Shown in pieces: positions 52,786 to 62,555 of a DNA stretch of 64,000 nt. The notes below the pieces were generated by a model that was given only the letters and a program-made list of their open reading frames with translations, was not told the DNA's origin and ran no database searches. The DNA comes from PVC group bacterium (GTDB lineage: Bacteria > Verrucomicrobiota > Kiritimatiellia > PWTM01), in the NCBI GenBank assembly GCA_003563855.1, contig PWTM01000309.1:18385-82384 (forward strand). Reading direction: 5' to 3'. Numbering within the stretch: position 1 is the stretch's first letter; each line of letters begins with the position of its first letter. The position numbers were made by a program, and so were the translations under genes.

Positions 52786-55464
52786 ATGCGCGACGAGATC
52801 CCCTGGACGGACAGCGACGCCGACGCGGAGGAGACCCGCGACTGGCAGGAATCGCTCGACGAGGTCATCGCGCGCAGCGGACCGCGCCGCGCCGCGCGGC
52901 TGCTGAGCGAGCTTCACCTGCGGGCGCACCAGCAGGGGGTCCGGCTCCCGTTCACCGCCAACACGCCCTACATCAACAGCATCCCCGCCGGCGAACAGCC
53001 CCCCTACCCCGGCAATCGCGAACTCGAACGCCGGATCAAGAGCCTGGTGCGCTGGAACGCGATGGCCATGGTCGTGCGGGCCAACCGCGAGGAGGAGGGC
53101 ATCGGCGGCCATATCTCGACCTACGCCTCCGCCGCCACGCTCTACGAGGTCGGGTTCAACCACTTCTTCCGGGCGCCGACCGACGGGCACCCGGGCGACC
53201 TGGTGTACTTCCAGGGCCATGCCTCGCCGGGCATCTACGCGCGGGCCTTCCTCGAGGGCCGGCTTTCGGCCGAACGCATCGGCAACTTCCGCCACGAACT
53301 GCACGACACGCCCGGGCTCCCCTCCTATCCGCACCCCTGGCTGATGCCGGACTTCTGGCAGTTCCCCACCGTCTCGATGGGGCTCGGCCCGCTGGCCGCC
53401 ATCTACCACGCCCGGTTCGTGAAGTACCTGCACGACCGCGGACTGCGCCCGCCCTGCGACCAGAAGATCTGGGCCTTTCTCGGCGACGGGGAGACGGACG
53501 AGCCCGAATCGCTCGGGGCGATCACGCTGGCCGCGCGCGAGCGGCTCGACAACCTGGTCTTCGTCATCAACTGCAACCTCCAGCGGCTGGACGGGCCGGT
53601 CCGGGGGAACGGCAAGATTATCCAGGAGCTCGAAGCGGCCTTCCGCGGCGCGGGCTGGAACGTGATCAAGGTGGTCTGGGGCAGCGACTGGGATCCGCTG
53701 CTCGACGCCGACCGCGACGGCGCGCTCGTGCGGCGCATGGCCGAGGTCGTCGACGGCGAATACCAGAAGTACACCGTGGCCGGCGGGGCCTACATCCGCG
53801 AGCGCTTCTTCGGCGCCGACCCGCGGCTGCTCGACCGGGTCCGGCATCTCTCCGACGAGGACCTCGCCCGGCTGCGGCGCGGCGGGCACGACCCCGAGAA
53901 GGTCTACGCCGCCTACGCGGCCGCCGTCCGCCACGAAGGCGCGCCGACCGTGATCCTGGCCAAAACGATCAAGGGCTACGGCCTCGGCGAGAGCGGCGAA
54001 GGCAAGAACATCACGCACCAGCAGAAGAAGCTCAACGAGGAGGAATTGCGCGAGTTCCGCTCCCGGTTCGGCATCCCGATCTCCGACGAGGATGTCGGCC
54101 GCCTGCCCTTCTACCGCCCGCCCGAGGACAGCCCGGAGATGGCCTACCTGCGCGCGCGCCGCGAGGCGCTCGGCGGCTTCCTGCCCACCCGCCGGCCGGT
54201 GTCCGTGCAGCTCCGTCTCCCGGAAGCGTCGGTCTACGCCGAGTTCCTGAAGGGCAGCGCGCGCGAGGTGTCCACGACGATGGTGTTCGTCCGGCTCCTC
54301 GGCAAGCTGCTGCGCGAACCGGAGCTCGGACCGCGCATCGTGCCGATCGTCCCCGACGAGGCGCGCACCTTCGGCATGGAGGCGCTCTTCCGCCAATGCG
54401 GGATTTACGCCCACAGCGGCCAGCTCTACGATCCGGTCGACTCGGACAGCCTGCTCTACTACCGCGAGGCGCGCGACGGGCAGATCCTCGAGGAAGGCAT
54501 CACGGAAGCCGGCAGCCTGGCGTCCTTCATCGCTGCCGGAACCGCCTACGCGAACCACGGGATTCCGACGATCCCCTTCTACATCTACTACTCGATGTTC
54601 GGTTTCCAGCGCGCGGGCGACCTGGTCTGGATGGCCGGCGATTCGCGGTGCCGCGGGTTCCTCGTCGGCGGAACCGCCGGCCGCACCACGCTCGCGGGCG
54701 AAGGCCTCCAGCACCAGGACGGGAACAGCCACCTGCTGGCGCTGCCGGTGCCGAACCTGCGCGCCTACGATCCCGCGTTCGCCTTCGAGCTGGCGGTCAT
54801 CGTCGAGGACGGACTCCGCCGCATGGGCCGCGAGAACGAGGACGTGTTCTACTACCTGACCGTCGAGAACGAGAACTACGCGCAGCCGGCCATGCCGGAC
54901 GGCGTGCGCGAGGGCATCCTGCGCGGCCTCTACCGGTTCCGCGCGGCGGAGCACGCCGGCGGCGACGCGCCGCGGGTGCGCCTGGTCGGCAGCGGCGCGA
55001 TCCTCAACGAGGCGCTCAAGGCGCAGGCGCTGCTCGCCGCCGAGCACGGCATTGCCGCGGATGTCTGGTCGGCCACCAGCTACAAGAGCCTGCTGGCCGA
55101 CGCGCTGGCGGCGGAACGCTGGAACCTGCGGAACCCCGGCAGGAAGCCGCGCGTGCCGCATGTCGCCGCCGAGCTGGCCGCGGGCACCGGTCCGGTCGTC
55201 GCCGCCTCGGACTACCTCAAGGCGCTGCCGGCCTCGCTCGCGCGCTGGATTCCCGGTCCGCTCGCGCCGCTCGGCACGGACGGCTACGGGCGCAGCGATG
55301 GGCGCCCGGCGTTGCGCCGGCACTTCGAGGTCGATGCGGCAGCGATCGCCGCCGCCGCGCTCGGCGCGCTCGCCCGCGAGGGTACGCTCGACGCCGCCAA
55401 GGCCCGCAAGGCCATCCGCGCCCTCGGCATCGACCCCGAGCACCCCGACCCCGCCCTGGCTTGA
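52786..55464 (+). CDS. aceE: pyruvate dehydrogenase E1 component (homodimeric type)
   Basis: 892 aa: YPGNRELERRIKSLVRWNAMAMVVRANREEEGIGGHISTYASAATLYEV...; GGGAGG RBS. Confidence 0.9.
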   Translation: MRDEIPWTDSDADAEETRDWQESLDEVIARSGPRRAARLLSELHLRAHQQGVRLPFTANTPYINSIPAGEQPPYPGNRELERRIKSLVRWNAMAMVVRANREEEGIGGHISTYASAATLYEVGFNHFFRAPTDGHPGDLVYFQGHASPGIYARAFLEGRLSAERIGNFRHELHDTPGLPSYPHPWLMPDFWQFPTVSMGLGPLAAIYHARFVKYLHDRGLRPPCDQKIWAFLGDGETDEPESLGAITLAARERLDNLVFVINCNLQRLDGPVRGNGKIIQELEAAFRGAGWNVIKVVWGSDWDPLLDADRDGALVRRMAEVVDGEYQKYTVAGGAYIRERFFGADPRLLDRVRHLSDEDLARLRRGGHDPEKVYAAYAAAVRHEGAPTVILAKTIKGYGLGESGEGKNITHQQKKLNEEELREFRSRFGIPISDEDVGRLPFYRPPEDSPEMAYLRARREALGGFLPTRRPVSVQLRLPEASVYAEFLKGSAREVSTTMVFVRLLGKLLREPELGPRIVPIVPDEARTFGMEALFRQCGIYAHSGQLYDPVDSDSLLYYREARDGQILEEGITEAGSLASFIAAGTAYANHGIPTIPFYIYYSMFGFQRAGDLVWMAGDSRCRGFLVGGTAGRTTLAGEGLQHQDGNSHLLALPVPNLRAYDPAFAFELAVIVEDGLRRMGRENEDVFYYLTVENENYAQPAMPDGVREGILRGLYRFRAAEHAGGDAPRVRLVGSGAILNEALKAQALLAAEHGIAADVWSATSYKSLLADALAAERWNLRNPGRKPRVPHVAAELAAGTGPVVAASDYLKALPASLARWIPGPLAPLGTDGYGRSDGRPALRRHFEVDAAAIAAAALGALAREGTLDAAKARKAIRALGIDPEHPDPALA

Positions 55465-55527
55465 ACGCCGCGTTCCGGCTGGCAAGGGGGGCGGGGAGGC
55501 GGTAAGGTACGGCACACGCGAGCGGGG

Positions 55528-56889
55528 GTGTGCATGGACGTCAAGATTCCCGAACTGGGCGAGAATATCGAGGGTGGCGATGTTGTAGCGGTGCGCGTTG
55601 CCGAAGGGGACACGGTCGAGGCCGAGCAGCCGTTGCTCGAGCTCGAAACCGGCAAGGCGACGATCGAGCTGCCCTCCCCGTCCGGCGGCCGCATAAGCGC
55701 CATCCGCGTGAAGGCCGGGGACACCGTGACCGTCGGCCAGGTCGTCATGGAACTGGACACCGGCGCGAAGGCCGAGGCCGCGCCGCCGAAGGAAGAAGCG
55801 GACGCTCCCGCCCCTAAGCCGGAACCGAAACCGGCCGAACCCGAGGCGCCACCGGAATCGGCGCCCGCCGAACCCGAACCCGAGTCGGACGCGAAGCCCG
55901 ACTCGACGGAGCCTGCCGCACCGAGCCCGGCGCCGGAGCCCGCGCGCGAGCCCGCGCCGCCGCTGCCGAAGCCGCCGGCCGTGCCCGTCGCCGCCGCCCC
56001 CTCCGTGCGCCGGTTCGCCCGCGAGATCGGCGTGGACATCGAGCAGGTCGTCGGGCACGGCAAGGGCGGCCGCATCTCGATCGACGACGTCAAACAGTTC
56101 GCCCGCCAGGCCGCGACCGGCCGGGCCGTTCGCGGCCACTGCGCGCTCGAGGCCGAGCCGCTGCCCGACTTCTCCCGCTGGGGTCCGGTCCGGCGCGAGA
56201 CGATGTCGAAGATCCGCACCGTCACCGCCGAGCACCTCGGCCGGGCCTGGGCGCTGATCCCGCACGTCACGCAGCACGGCAAGGCAGACGTGACGGAACT
56301 CGAGACGCTGCGCAAGCGCCTCGCCCCGCGCGCCGAGGCCGCGGGGGCGAAGCTGACGCTGACCGCGATCCTCGTCCGCATCGTCGCCGCCGCCCTGCGC
56401 GTCCACCCGAAGTTCAACGCCAGCGTCGACCTCCCGGGCCGCGCGATCGTCTTCAAGGACTACGTCCATATCGGCATCGCCGTCGATACCGAGCGCGGCC
56501 TGCTCGTGCCGGTCGTGCGCGACGCGGACCGCAAGAACATCGTGCAGATCGCCGCCGAGCTCGGCCGCCTGGCCGAGGCCGCGCGCGCGGGCAAGCTCGC
56601 ACCCGACGATCTCCAGGGCGGCACGTTCACGGTGACGAATATCGGCGCGATCGGCGGCTCGTTCTTCACGCCGATCATCAACGCGCCGGAAGTCGCGATC
56701 CTCGGCGTCGGACGGGCCGAGCGCGAGCTTCGGCTGCAGCCCGGCAGCGATACGCCGGAGCCTCGCCTGATGCTCCCCCTCTCGCTCTCCTACGACCACC
56801 GGCTGATCGACGGCGCCGACGGCGCCCGGTTCCTGCGCTGGCTCGTCGACGCGGTGGCCGAGCCGATGCTGATCTCGCTGGAGGGGTGA
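55528..56889 (+). CDS. aceF: dihydrolipoyllysine-residue acetyltransferase (PDH E2)
   Basis: Lipoyl domain ELETGKATIELPSP; E3-binding SVRRFAREIGVDIEQVVGHGKGGRISIDDV; catalytic SYDHRLIDGADGARFL. The start may be at MDVK 55534. Confidence 0.9.
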   Translation: MCMDVKIPELGENIEGGDVVAVRVAEGDTVEAEQPLLELETGKATIELPSPSGGRISAIRVKAGDTVTVGQVVMELDTGAKAEAAPPKEEADAPAPKPEPKPAEPEAPPESAPAEPEPESDAKPDSTEPAAPSPAPEPAREPAPPLPKPPAVPVAAAPSVRRFAREIGVDIEQVVGHGKGGRISIDDVKQFARQAATGRAVRGHCALEAEPLPDFSRWGPVRRETMSKIRTVTAEHLGRAWALIPHVTQHGKADVTELETLRKRLAPRAEAAGAKLTLTAILVRIVAAALRVHPKFNASVDLPGRAIVFKDYVHIGIAVDTERGLLVPVVRDADRKNIVQIAAELGRLAEAARAGKLAPDDLQGGTFTVTNIGAIGGSFFTPIINAPEVAILGVGRAERELRLQPGSDTPEPRLMLPLSLSYDHRLIDGADGARFLRWLVDAVAEPMLISLEG

Positions 56890-57920
56890 ACGTGCGCCCG
56901 GCCGAGATCCCCATGCGGCGGGTGGGGCCTGTGCGGCTCGCCGGCCCGGAGGTCGAGGACGAGGTCATGCTCCCGCTGGCCACGTTCGAGACCCCGCTCT
57001 GGCCGTCCGTCGCCCGCGGCGCGCGCGTGACGCGCGAGGCCGGCGGCATACGGGCGGTCGTCGTCGACGAGCGCATGACCCGCTCGATCCTGCTCGAAGC
57101 GCCCGACGCCGTCGCGGCGGTCGAGGCGGGTCGCGCGATCGAGGCGCAGCGGGAGGAACTCGCCGCCGTGGTCGCGGCGACGGGTCGGTTCGTGCGCCTG
57201 CTGGAACTCCGCGCGCAGTACGCCGGCCCGCTGCTCTTCCTCCGCGTTGCCGTCGCCACGGGCGACGCGGCCGGCCACAACATGGCGACCAAGGCCGCGC
57301 AGGCCGTGCTCGACCGGATCGCCGAAACGCGACCCGCGCTGCGCCCGGTCTCGGTCTCCGGCAACCTCTGCACCGACAAGAAGGTCTCGGCCGTCAACGG
57401 CCTCCTCGGCCGCGGCCGCCACGTGGTCGCCGAGGCGCGGATCCCCGCCGACCTCTGCCGGCGACGGCTGCGCGTGGCGCCCGGGGATCTCGTCGGCCTC
57501 CACGTGCGCAAGAACCTGGTCGGCTCCATCCTGGCCGGCAGCCTGCGGAGCGCGAACGCGCATGTGGCGAACATGCTGCTGGCCTTCTACCTCGCCACCG
57601 GCCAGGACGGCGCGAACGTCGTCGAAGGCTCACAGGCGATCACGCACGCCGACGTGTCAGACGGCGACCTCGCCTTTTCCGTTACCCTGCCCAACCTCGT
57701 ACTCGGCACCGTCGGTGCGGGGAAGGACCTGCCCTTCGTCGCGGAGAACCTCGAGGCGCTCGGTTGCCGCGCCCCGCGTCCGCCCGGCGCCAATGCGCGG
57801 CGGCTGGCCGTGCTCGCCGCGGCCGCGGTGCTCTGCGGCGAGCTCTCGCTGCTCGCCGCACTGGCAAACCCCGGCGAATTGGTGCGCGCGCACCTGCGGC
57901 TCGAGCGGAACGCCGGGTGA
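56886..57920 (+). CDS. HMG-CoA reductase class-I catalytic-domain homologue, N-terminally truncated
   Basis: DAAGHNM (cf. DAMGMNM), VSGNLCTDKKVSAVNGLLGRGRHVVAEARIP (cf. [30 protein letters not shown]), ATGQDGANVVEGS and GTVGAG (cf. GTVGGG). GTG start overlaps the aceF TGA. Confidence 0.7.
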   Translation: MNVRPAEIPMRRVGPVRLAGPEVEDEVMLPLATFETPLWPSVARGARVTREAGGIRAVVVDERMTRSILLEAPDAVAAVEAGRAIEAQREELAAVVAATGRFVRLLELRAQYAGPLLFLRVAVATGDAAGHNMATKAAQAVLDRIAETRPALRPVSVSGNLCTDKKVSAVNGLLGRGRHVVAEARIPADLCRRRLRVAPGDLVGLHVRKNLVGSILAGSLRSANAHVANMLLAFYLATGQDGANVVEGSQAITHADVSDGDLAFSVTLPNLVLGTVGAGKDLPFVAENLEALGCRAPRPPGANARRLAVLAAAAVLCGELSLLAALANPGELVRAHLRLERNAG

Positions 57921-57935
57921 ACCGCGGCTGCAGGT

Positions 57936-58236
57936 AGAGCGCAGCGGCGATGGCGCGTTCGTCCCCCCCGGCCGAGCGGCCCGGCCCGTGCCACGGGCGA
58001 CTCCACAGGCATCGGCAAAGCGGCGTCGCCGGGCTTCGCCCTTTGCCGCCGCACTCCACATGGCTGCGATGCTGCACGGACACGGCCCTCCACATTATGG
58101 AGTGCGCCGGCAGAGCGCAGCGGCGACGGCGCTTTCGCCTCTCCCGGCCGGGCGACCCGGCCCGTGCCACGGGCGACTCCACAGGCATCGGCAAAGCGGC
58201 GTCGCCGGGCTTCGCCCTCTGCCGCCGCACTCCACA
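57936..58236. repeat. tandem duplication, two ~125-bp copies with 177-bp period (57936-58060 and 58113-58236)
   Basis: Both copies read agagcgcagcggcga.ggcgc.ttcg...ggcccggcccgtgccacgggcgactccacaggcatcggcaaagcggcgtcgccgggcttcgccct.tgccgccgcactccaca at ~90% identity. Confidence 0.85.
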
Positions 58237-58369
58237 GCGCCGCTCCGCGGCGCGCAGCAACCCGGCGCGCGCCGGGCGTGCCCAGGGTGCACCAAGGCCG
58301 GCGTGCAAGACGCCGCCGGCTGTGGTATAGGGGCGGCGGGCGGTGTGGCTGCCCTGCAGGGAGAGTGAC

Positions 58370-58879
58370 ATGAGCAAGCGCATACTGGTGGCGTATGCCT
58401 CGAAGTACGGGGCGACGGAGGCGATCGCCGAGCGCATCGCGAAGACCCTGGAGCAGGCCGGCCTGCCGGTCGACTGCCTCGCCGTTCAGCGTGCCGGCGA
58501 GCTGGCCCCTTACGGGGCGGTGGTGCTCGGCAGCGGCGTCTACGCGGGCCAGTGGCGCAAGGAGGCCGCGACGTTCCTCAAAGCCAACGCCGAGGCGCTC
58601 GCGGAGCGTCCGGTCTGGCTCTTCTCGAGCGGCCCCACCGGGAAGGGCGAGCCCTCGGCCCTGCTCCAGGGCTGGCGCTTCCCGAAGAAGCTACAGCCGC
58701 TCGCCGATCGGATCGGGCCGCGCGACTTCGCCGTCTTCCACGGCGCCCTCGACGCCGCGAAGATGAACCGGCTCGAACGCATGATGATCAAGGCGGTGAA
58801 GGCCCCCGCGGGCGACTTCCGGGACTGGGACGCCATCGAGGCCTGGGCGCGGGGCATCGCCGAGGCGCTGAAGGCGTAG
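58370..58879 (+). CDS. flavodoxin-family protein (HemG/flavodoxin_5-like)
   Basis: MSKRILVAYASKYGATEAIAERIAKTLEQAG...VVLGSGVYAGQW...; GGGAGAG RBS. Confidence 0.7.
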   Translation: MSKRILVAYASKYGATEAIAERIAKTLEQAGLPVDCLAVQRAGELAPYGAVVLGSGVYAGQWRKEAATFLKANAEALAERPVWLFSSGPTGKGEPSALLQGWRFPKKLQPLADRIGPRDFAVFHGALDAAKMNRLERMMIKAVKAPAGDFRDWDAIEAWARGIAEALKA

Positions 58880-58892
58880 TGACCAGGCCATC

Positions 58893-58975
58893 AGCGTCGT
58901 CCTCGTGCTCGTCCTCGTCCTCGTTCTTCGACATCCGAGAACGAGAACGAGAACGAGGACGAGGACGATCGGAAA
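58893..58975. terminator. long imperfect GAGGAC/GAGAAC hairpin just downstream of the flavodoxin gene (terminator-like; member of the GC-rich repeat family)
   Basis: tcgtcctcgtgctcgtcctcgtcctcgttcttcgacatccgagaacgagaacgagaacgaggacgaggacga. Confidence 0.5.
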
Positions 58976-59034
58976 GGGTTGCCTAGCTTCGAGGGTGCGC
59001 GCTTAGCCTGCGCGGAAGCCCGGGGGATTCGGCC

Positions 59035-59511
59035 ATGCCGATCTACGAATACGAATGCCGGAAATGCGGGCGGGTGGCGAGCTTCCTCGTCCGGAACACC
59101 GGGGCGCACCGCAGGCCGCCCTGTCCGCACTGCCGGGCGCGCGCCATGCGGCGTGTTCTCTCGCGCTTCAGCGCGGTCGGCGGCCGCAAGACGCGGACCG
59201 ACGACGCGCCCGCGCCGGAGGCAGACGACGGCGGCTTCGACGCGGAGGGCGGCGAAGGCCCCGACGACACGGGCTTCGACGAAGCCGGCCTCGAGGCGGC
59301 CATGGAGGGCGTGGACGAGAACGACCCGCGCTCGATGGGCCGCATGATGCGCCGGCTCGCGCAGCAGACCGGCGAACCGCTCGACGAAGAAACCGACGAA
59401 GTCGTCCGCCGCCTCGAAGCCGGCGAAGACCCCGAATCCATCGACGACGCCGTGGACGGCGGGGGAGCCGACGACGCCGGTGACACCGGCGACGAACTCT
59501 ACGACGCATGA
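59035..59511 (+). CDS. FmdB-family zinc-ribbon protein with an acidic C-terminal tail
   Basis: MPIYEYECRKCGRVASFLVR...PPCPHCRA (CxxC...CxxC). Confidence 0.75.
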   Translation: MPIYEYECRKCGRVASFLVRNTGAHRRPPCPHCRARAMRRVLSRFSAVGGRKTRTDDAPAPEADDGGFDAEGGEGPDDTGFDEAGLEAAMEGVDENDPRSMGRMMRRLAQQTGEPLDEETDEVVRRLEAGEDPESIDDAVDGGGADDAGDTGDELYDA

Positions 59512-59903
59512 TCCCCGGCAACCGGGGCAAGGATGGACAGAATCATTGGGGACAGAATCGGGGACAGAGCGACGGGAGCCCGCCGCCCCTCGATGCTGAC
59601 CTGCTTCCAAGGCCTGGAAGTCTGGGTGCCCACGGGTTCCAAGGTTTGGAGGGGCACGCCCCCCGCCGGGGGCTGAGCCCTGGCCCACAGCACCGTCGAC
59701 CGATCCTCCCGTTTCGCGAAAAGGGGGATGGGATCGGCGTGAGGCGGGCGCCTGGGGCCGATGGGTGGACGCCGGACGCCCGACGCCCGACGCCGCGCGA
59801 CCGTGGCGAGCGAGGGGCGGCGGTGCGGAACCGGCACGGGCGAGAGCCCTCCCGCGCCGCGTCGCGGCGCCTTGGAGTGCGGCGACGTGTCGCCGCTTTG
59901 TTC

Positions 59904-59975
59904 CGCCGCGTCGCGACGCGGCGAGAAGCGAAGACGGCCTCGCGAGGCCGCACTCCGAAAGGCGCGCTACGCGCG
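59904..59975. repeat. ~65-bp palindrome-containing repeat, copy 2
   Basis: ccgccgcgtcgcgacgcggcgagaagcgaagacggcctcgcgaggccgcactccgaaaggcgcgc. Confidence 0.8.
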
Positions 59976-60178
59976 CCGGGAAGGCCTGGGCCGTCGTCCC
60001 TTCGCCCGGGGCCGCTTCTCTCTGAAGCTGAAGTTCGCGACAAAGGGAGAGAGCGCCCGCCCCATCGTCGACCGTACTCCTCGACCCTACTCGTCGACCG
60101 GAGAGACCAAGTGCTGAAACCGGCGAAGCGCCACGCCGGTCAGCATTTCAGCACTTCAGCATTTCAGCGTTTCCCCGG

Positions 60179-60565
60179 TCAGTCCCCAAGGCTGCCGAGC
60201 TTCTCTTTCAGCGTCCGCAGCAGGGTCTGGGGCTGGATCGGCTTCTGGAAGACGCCGTCGAGGCCGAGGTCGACGTAGCTGGTCGTCTGGCTGAGCTGGT
60301 CGCCCGCCGAGCTGAGCATGTAGATCGGGGCCTTGTTGCCGAGCAGCCGCAGCTCCTTGACGAAGCTCGTCCCGGAATCGACCTCCTCCATCATGAGGTC
60401 GACGATGACGAGGTCGGGCTTCGTCTCCTTGTAGACGCGCAGCCCCTGCTCGGCGCTGTGCGCCTCCTCCATGATGTAGCCGTTGGACTCCAGGATCACG
60501 CGAACCGAATCCAGGAAGTCGGGGTCATCGTCGATGTACAGGATTACGTACTTGCCGTCGCGCAT
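60179..60565 (-). CDS. single-domain response regulator (CheY-like receiver)
   Basis: ILYIDDDPDFLDSVRVILESNGY...DLVIVDLMMEE...; GGAGGAA RBS. Confidence 0.75.
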   Translation of the reverse strand: MRDGKYVILYIDDDPDFLDSVRVILESNGYIMEEAHSAEQGLRVYKETKPDLVIVDLMMEEVDSGTSFVKELRLLGNKAPIYMLSSAGDQLSQTTSYVDLGLDGVFQKPIQPQTLLRTLKEKLGSLGD

Positions 60566-61077
60566 GGTCGTTCCTCCGTTGGGCCCGTCCGGTTCATCCA
60601 GGGTTCGAGCGCCCGCACCGCCTCGGACAGCGTCGCCGCGCGGAGCGCCGGCGTCAAGGCCCGGAGCGCGGCCTTGAGGTGGGCGGAGGCCCGTTCTCCC
60701 AGCCGCTCGCCGAACCCGTCGAAATCGTACCCCCGCAGCCCGATCGCCCAGGCGGGCGGCGCGGCGCCGAAGAGGTCGCGCGCGAGCGCCATGACCGCGC
60801 CGGAGCTCACGCTGTGCGTGCTGAATCCCGCCCCTTCGTCGGTCGGCGCCACGGGGTAGAGCGCGAAGGGCGCCGGACCGCGCACCGCCGCGTCGGCGAA
60901 GAGCACGAGCCCGTGCCCGGCGACCGCCGCCGCGTGCTCGACCGTCAACTGGTAATCCGCGTCCACCGCCACGCCCTCAAGGCCCATCCCTTCGACCGCC
61001 GCCGCGAAGGCCGGTCCGAGCCCGTCGTCCAGGCGGCCCGGGTTGCCGTAGCCGATCAGCAGCAGCGGCGGGTTCAT
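60544..61077 (-). CDS. [NiFe]-hydrogenase maturation endopeptidase (HoxW/HycI-like)
   Basis: MNPPLLLIGYGNPGRLDDGLGPAF... The ATG at 61077 overlaps the large-subunit TGA (ATGA). The upstream part of the 997-aa track ORF is not real. Confidence 0.7.
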   Translation of the reverse strand: MNPPLLLIGYGNPGRLDDGLGPAFAAAVEGMGLEGVAVDADYQLTVEHAAAVAGHGLVLFADAAVRGPAPFALYPVAPTDEGAGFSTHSVSSGAVMALARDLFGAAPPAWAIGLRGYDFDGFGERLGERASAHLKAALRALTPALRAATLSEAVRALEPWMNRTGPTEERPCATAST

Positions 61078-62540
61078 GCCTCCGCGGAAAGCGAAACGCC
61101 CTTGGCGCCGCGGCCGACCCGCTGGCCTTCGGCGTCGACGACCTCGACGACCAGCGGCATGCGGCCCATCGCGTGCGTCGCGCAGGAGAGGCAGGGATCG
61201 TAGGCGCGGATCGCCACCTCGATCCGGTTCAGCAGCCCTTCGGTCACCTCCACGCCTTCGAGATGGTCGCGGGCCACCTTCTCGACCGCCCGGTTCATCG
61301 GCGTGTTGTTGTTCGTCGTCGATACGATGAGGTTGCAGCGCACGATCTGGTCGCGGTCGTTCACCTCGTAATGGTGGAAGAGCGTCCCGCGCGGCGCCTC
61401 GATCAGGCCGATGCCGACGGGCCGGCGCTCGCCGGTCACGACCAGGTCCTCGCCCTGCAGGTCCGGATCGTTGAGCAGGTCGCGGATCTTCTCCGTGGCG
61501 TGCAGCATCTCGATCATCCGCGCCCAGTGGTAGGCCATCGTCACCTGGACCGGCTTGCCGCCGCCGAGTTCCATGAATGCGGCGCGGGCCTTCTCCGCCT
61601 CCGGCGTGTCGATTGCGTCGCAGATGTTCACGCGCGCCAGCGGTCCGACGCGGTACCAGCCGCGGTCCGGCCCCAGCGAGCGGATGAACGGGAACTTCAT
61701 GTACGACCAGGGCTTCACCTCTTCCTCGATGTACTCGAGGTATTTTCGGTAGTCGACCTGGTCGAAGATCGCCTTCCCCTCGGCGTCCACCGCGCGCAGG
61801 TTCCCGTGGTAGAGATCCATCGCGCCGTCCTCGCGCACAAGGCCCAGGTGGTTCGAGACGAACGACCCGAAGTCGGCCAGGTCGGCCAGGTGCTCGGCCG
61901 TGTAGTCGGCGGCGATCTTCAGCGCGCCGCGCGACCACTCGAGCATCTGCTCGATGTCCTTGAGGAACCCGTCGCGCTCGGCGATCGAGAGGTTCTTGTT
62001 CCCCCCGCCGGGGATCGCGCCCGTGCCGTGGATCTTCTTGCCGGCCGTCGCCTTGATGATCTCCTGGCCGTACTTGCGCAGCATCACGCCCTGCACCGCA
62101 AGGTCCGGGAACTTGCGCGCCACGCCGACGACGTTGCGCTCGACCGGGTCGGCGTCGAACCCGAAGAGCAGGTCCGGCGAGACGAGGTGGAAGAAGTGCA
62201 GCGCGTGCGACTGGAGCGTCTGCCCGTAATGCATGAGCCGGCGCATCTTCTCGGCGGTCGGCGTCAGGCGCTCCCCGCCGACGATCCAGTCCATCGCCTT
62301 GGCCGCCGCGAGGTGGTGGCTCACGGGGCAGATGCCGCAGAGGCGCTGCACGAGCACGGGCGCCTCCCAGAAGGGGCGGCCCTGCACGAAGCGCTCGAAG
62401 CCGCGGAACTCCACGATGTGAAGCCGGGCCTGGCGGACCTTGCGTTCTTCGTCGAGCAGGATGGTCACCTTCCCGTGCCCCTCCACGCGGGTAACGGGCT
62501 CGATGACGATCTTGCGGGTCTGCGGTGCGGCGGTGGCCAT
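61074..62540 (-). CDS. [NiFe] hydrogenase large subunit, group 3 (bidirectional/NAD(P)-linked type)
   Basis: N-terminal RVEGHG and RLCGICPVSH; C-terminal DPCLSCATH nickel-binding motifs. Confidence 0.85.
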   Translation of the reverse strand: MATAAPQTRKIVIEPVTRVEGHGKVTILLDEERKVRQARLHIVEFRGFERFVQGRPFWEAPVLVQRLCGICPVSHHLAAAKAMDWIVGGERLTPTAEKMRRLMHYGQTLQSHALHFFHLVSPDLLFGFDADPVERNVVGVARKFPDLAVQGVMLRKYGQEIIKATAGKKIHGTGAIPGGGNKNLSIAERDGFLKDIEQMLEWSRGALKIAADYTAEHLADLADFGSFVSNHLGLVREDGAMDLYHGNLRAVDAEGKAIFDQVDYRKYLEYIEEEVKPWSYMKFPFIRSLGPDRGWYRVGPLARVNICDAIDTPEAEKARAAFMELGGGKPVQVTMAYHWARMIEMLHATEKIRDLLNDPDLQGEDLVVTGERRPVGIGLIEAPRGTLFHHYEVNDRDQIVRCNLIVSTTNNNTPMNRAVEKVARDHLEGVEVTEGLLNRIEVAIRAYDPCLSCATHAMGRMPLVVEVVDAEGQRVGRGAKGVSLSAEA

Positions 62541-62555
62541 GGGGGCTCTCCTCGC

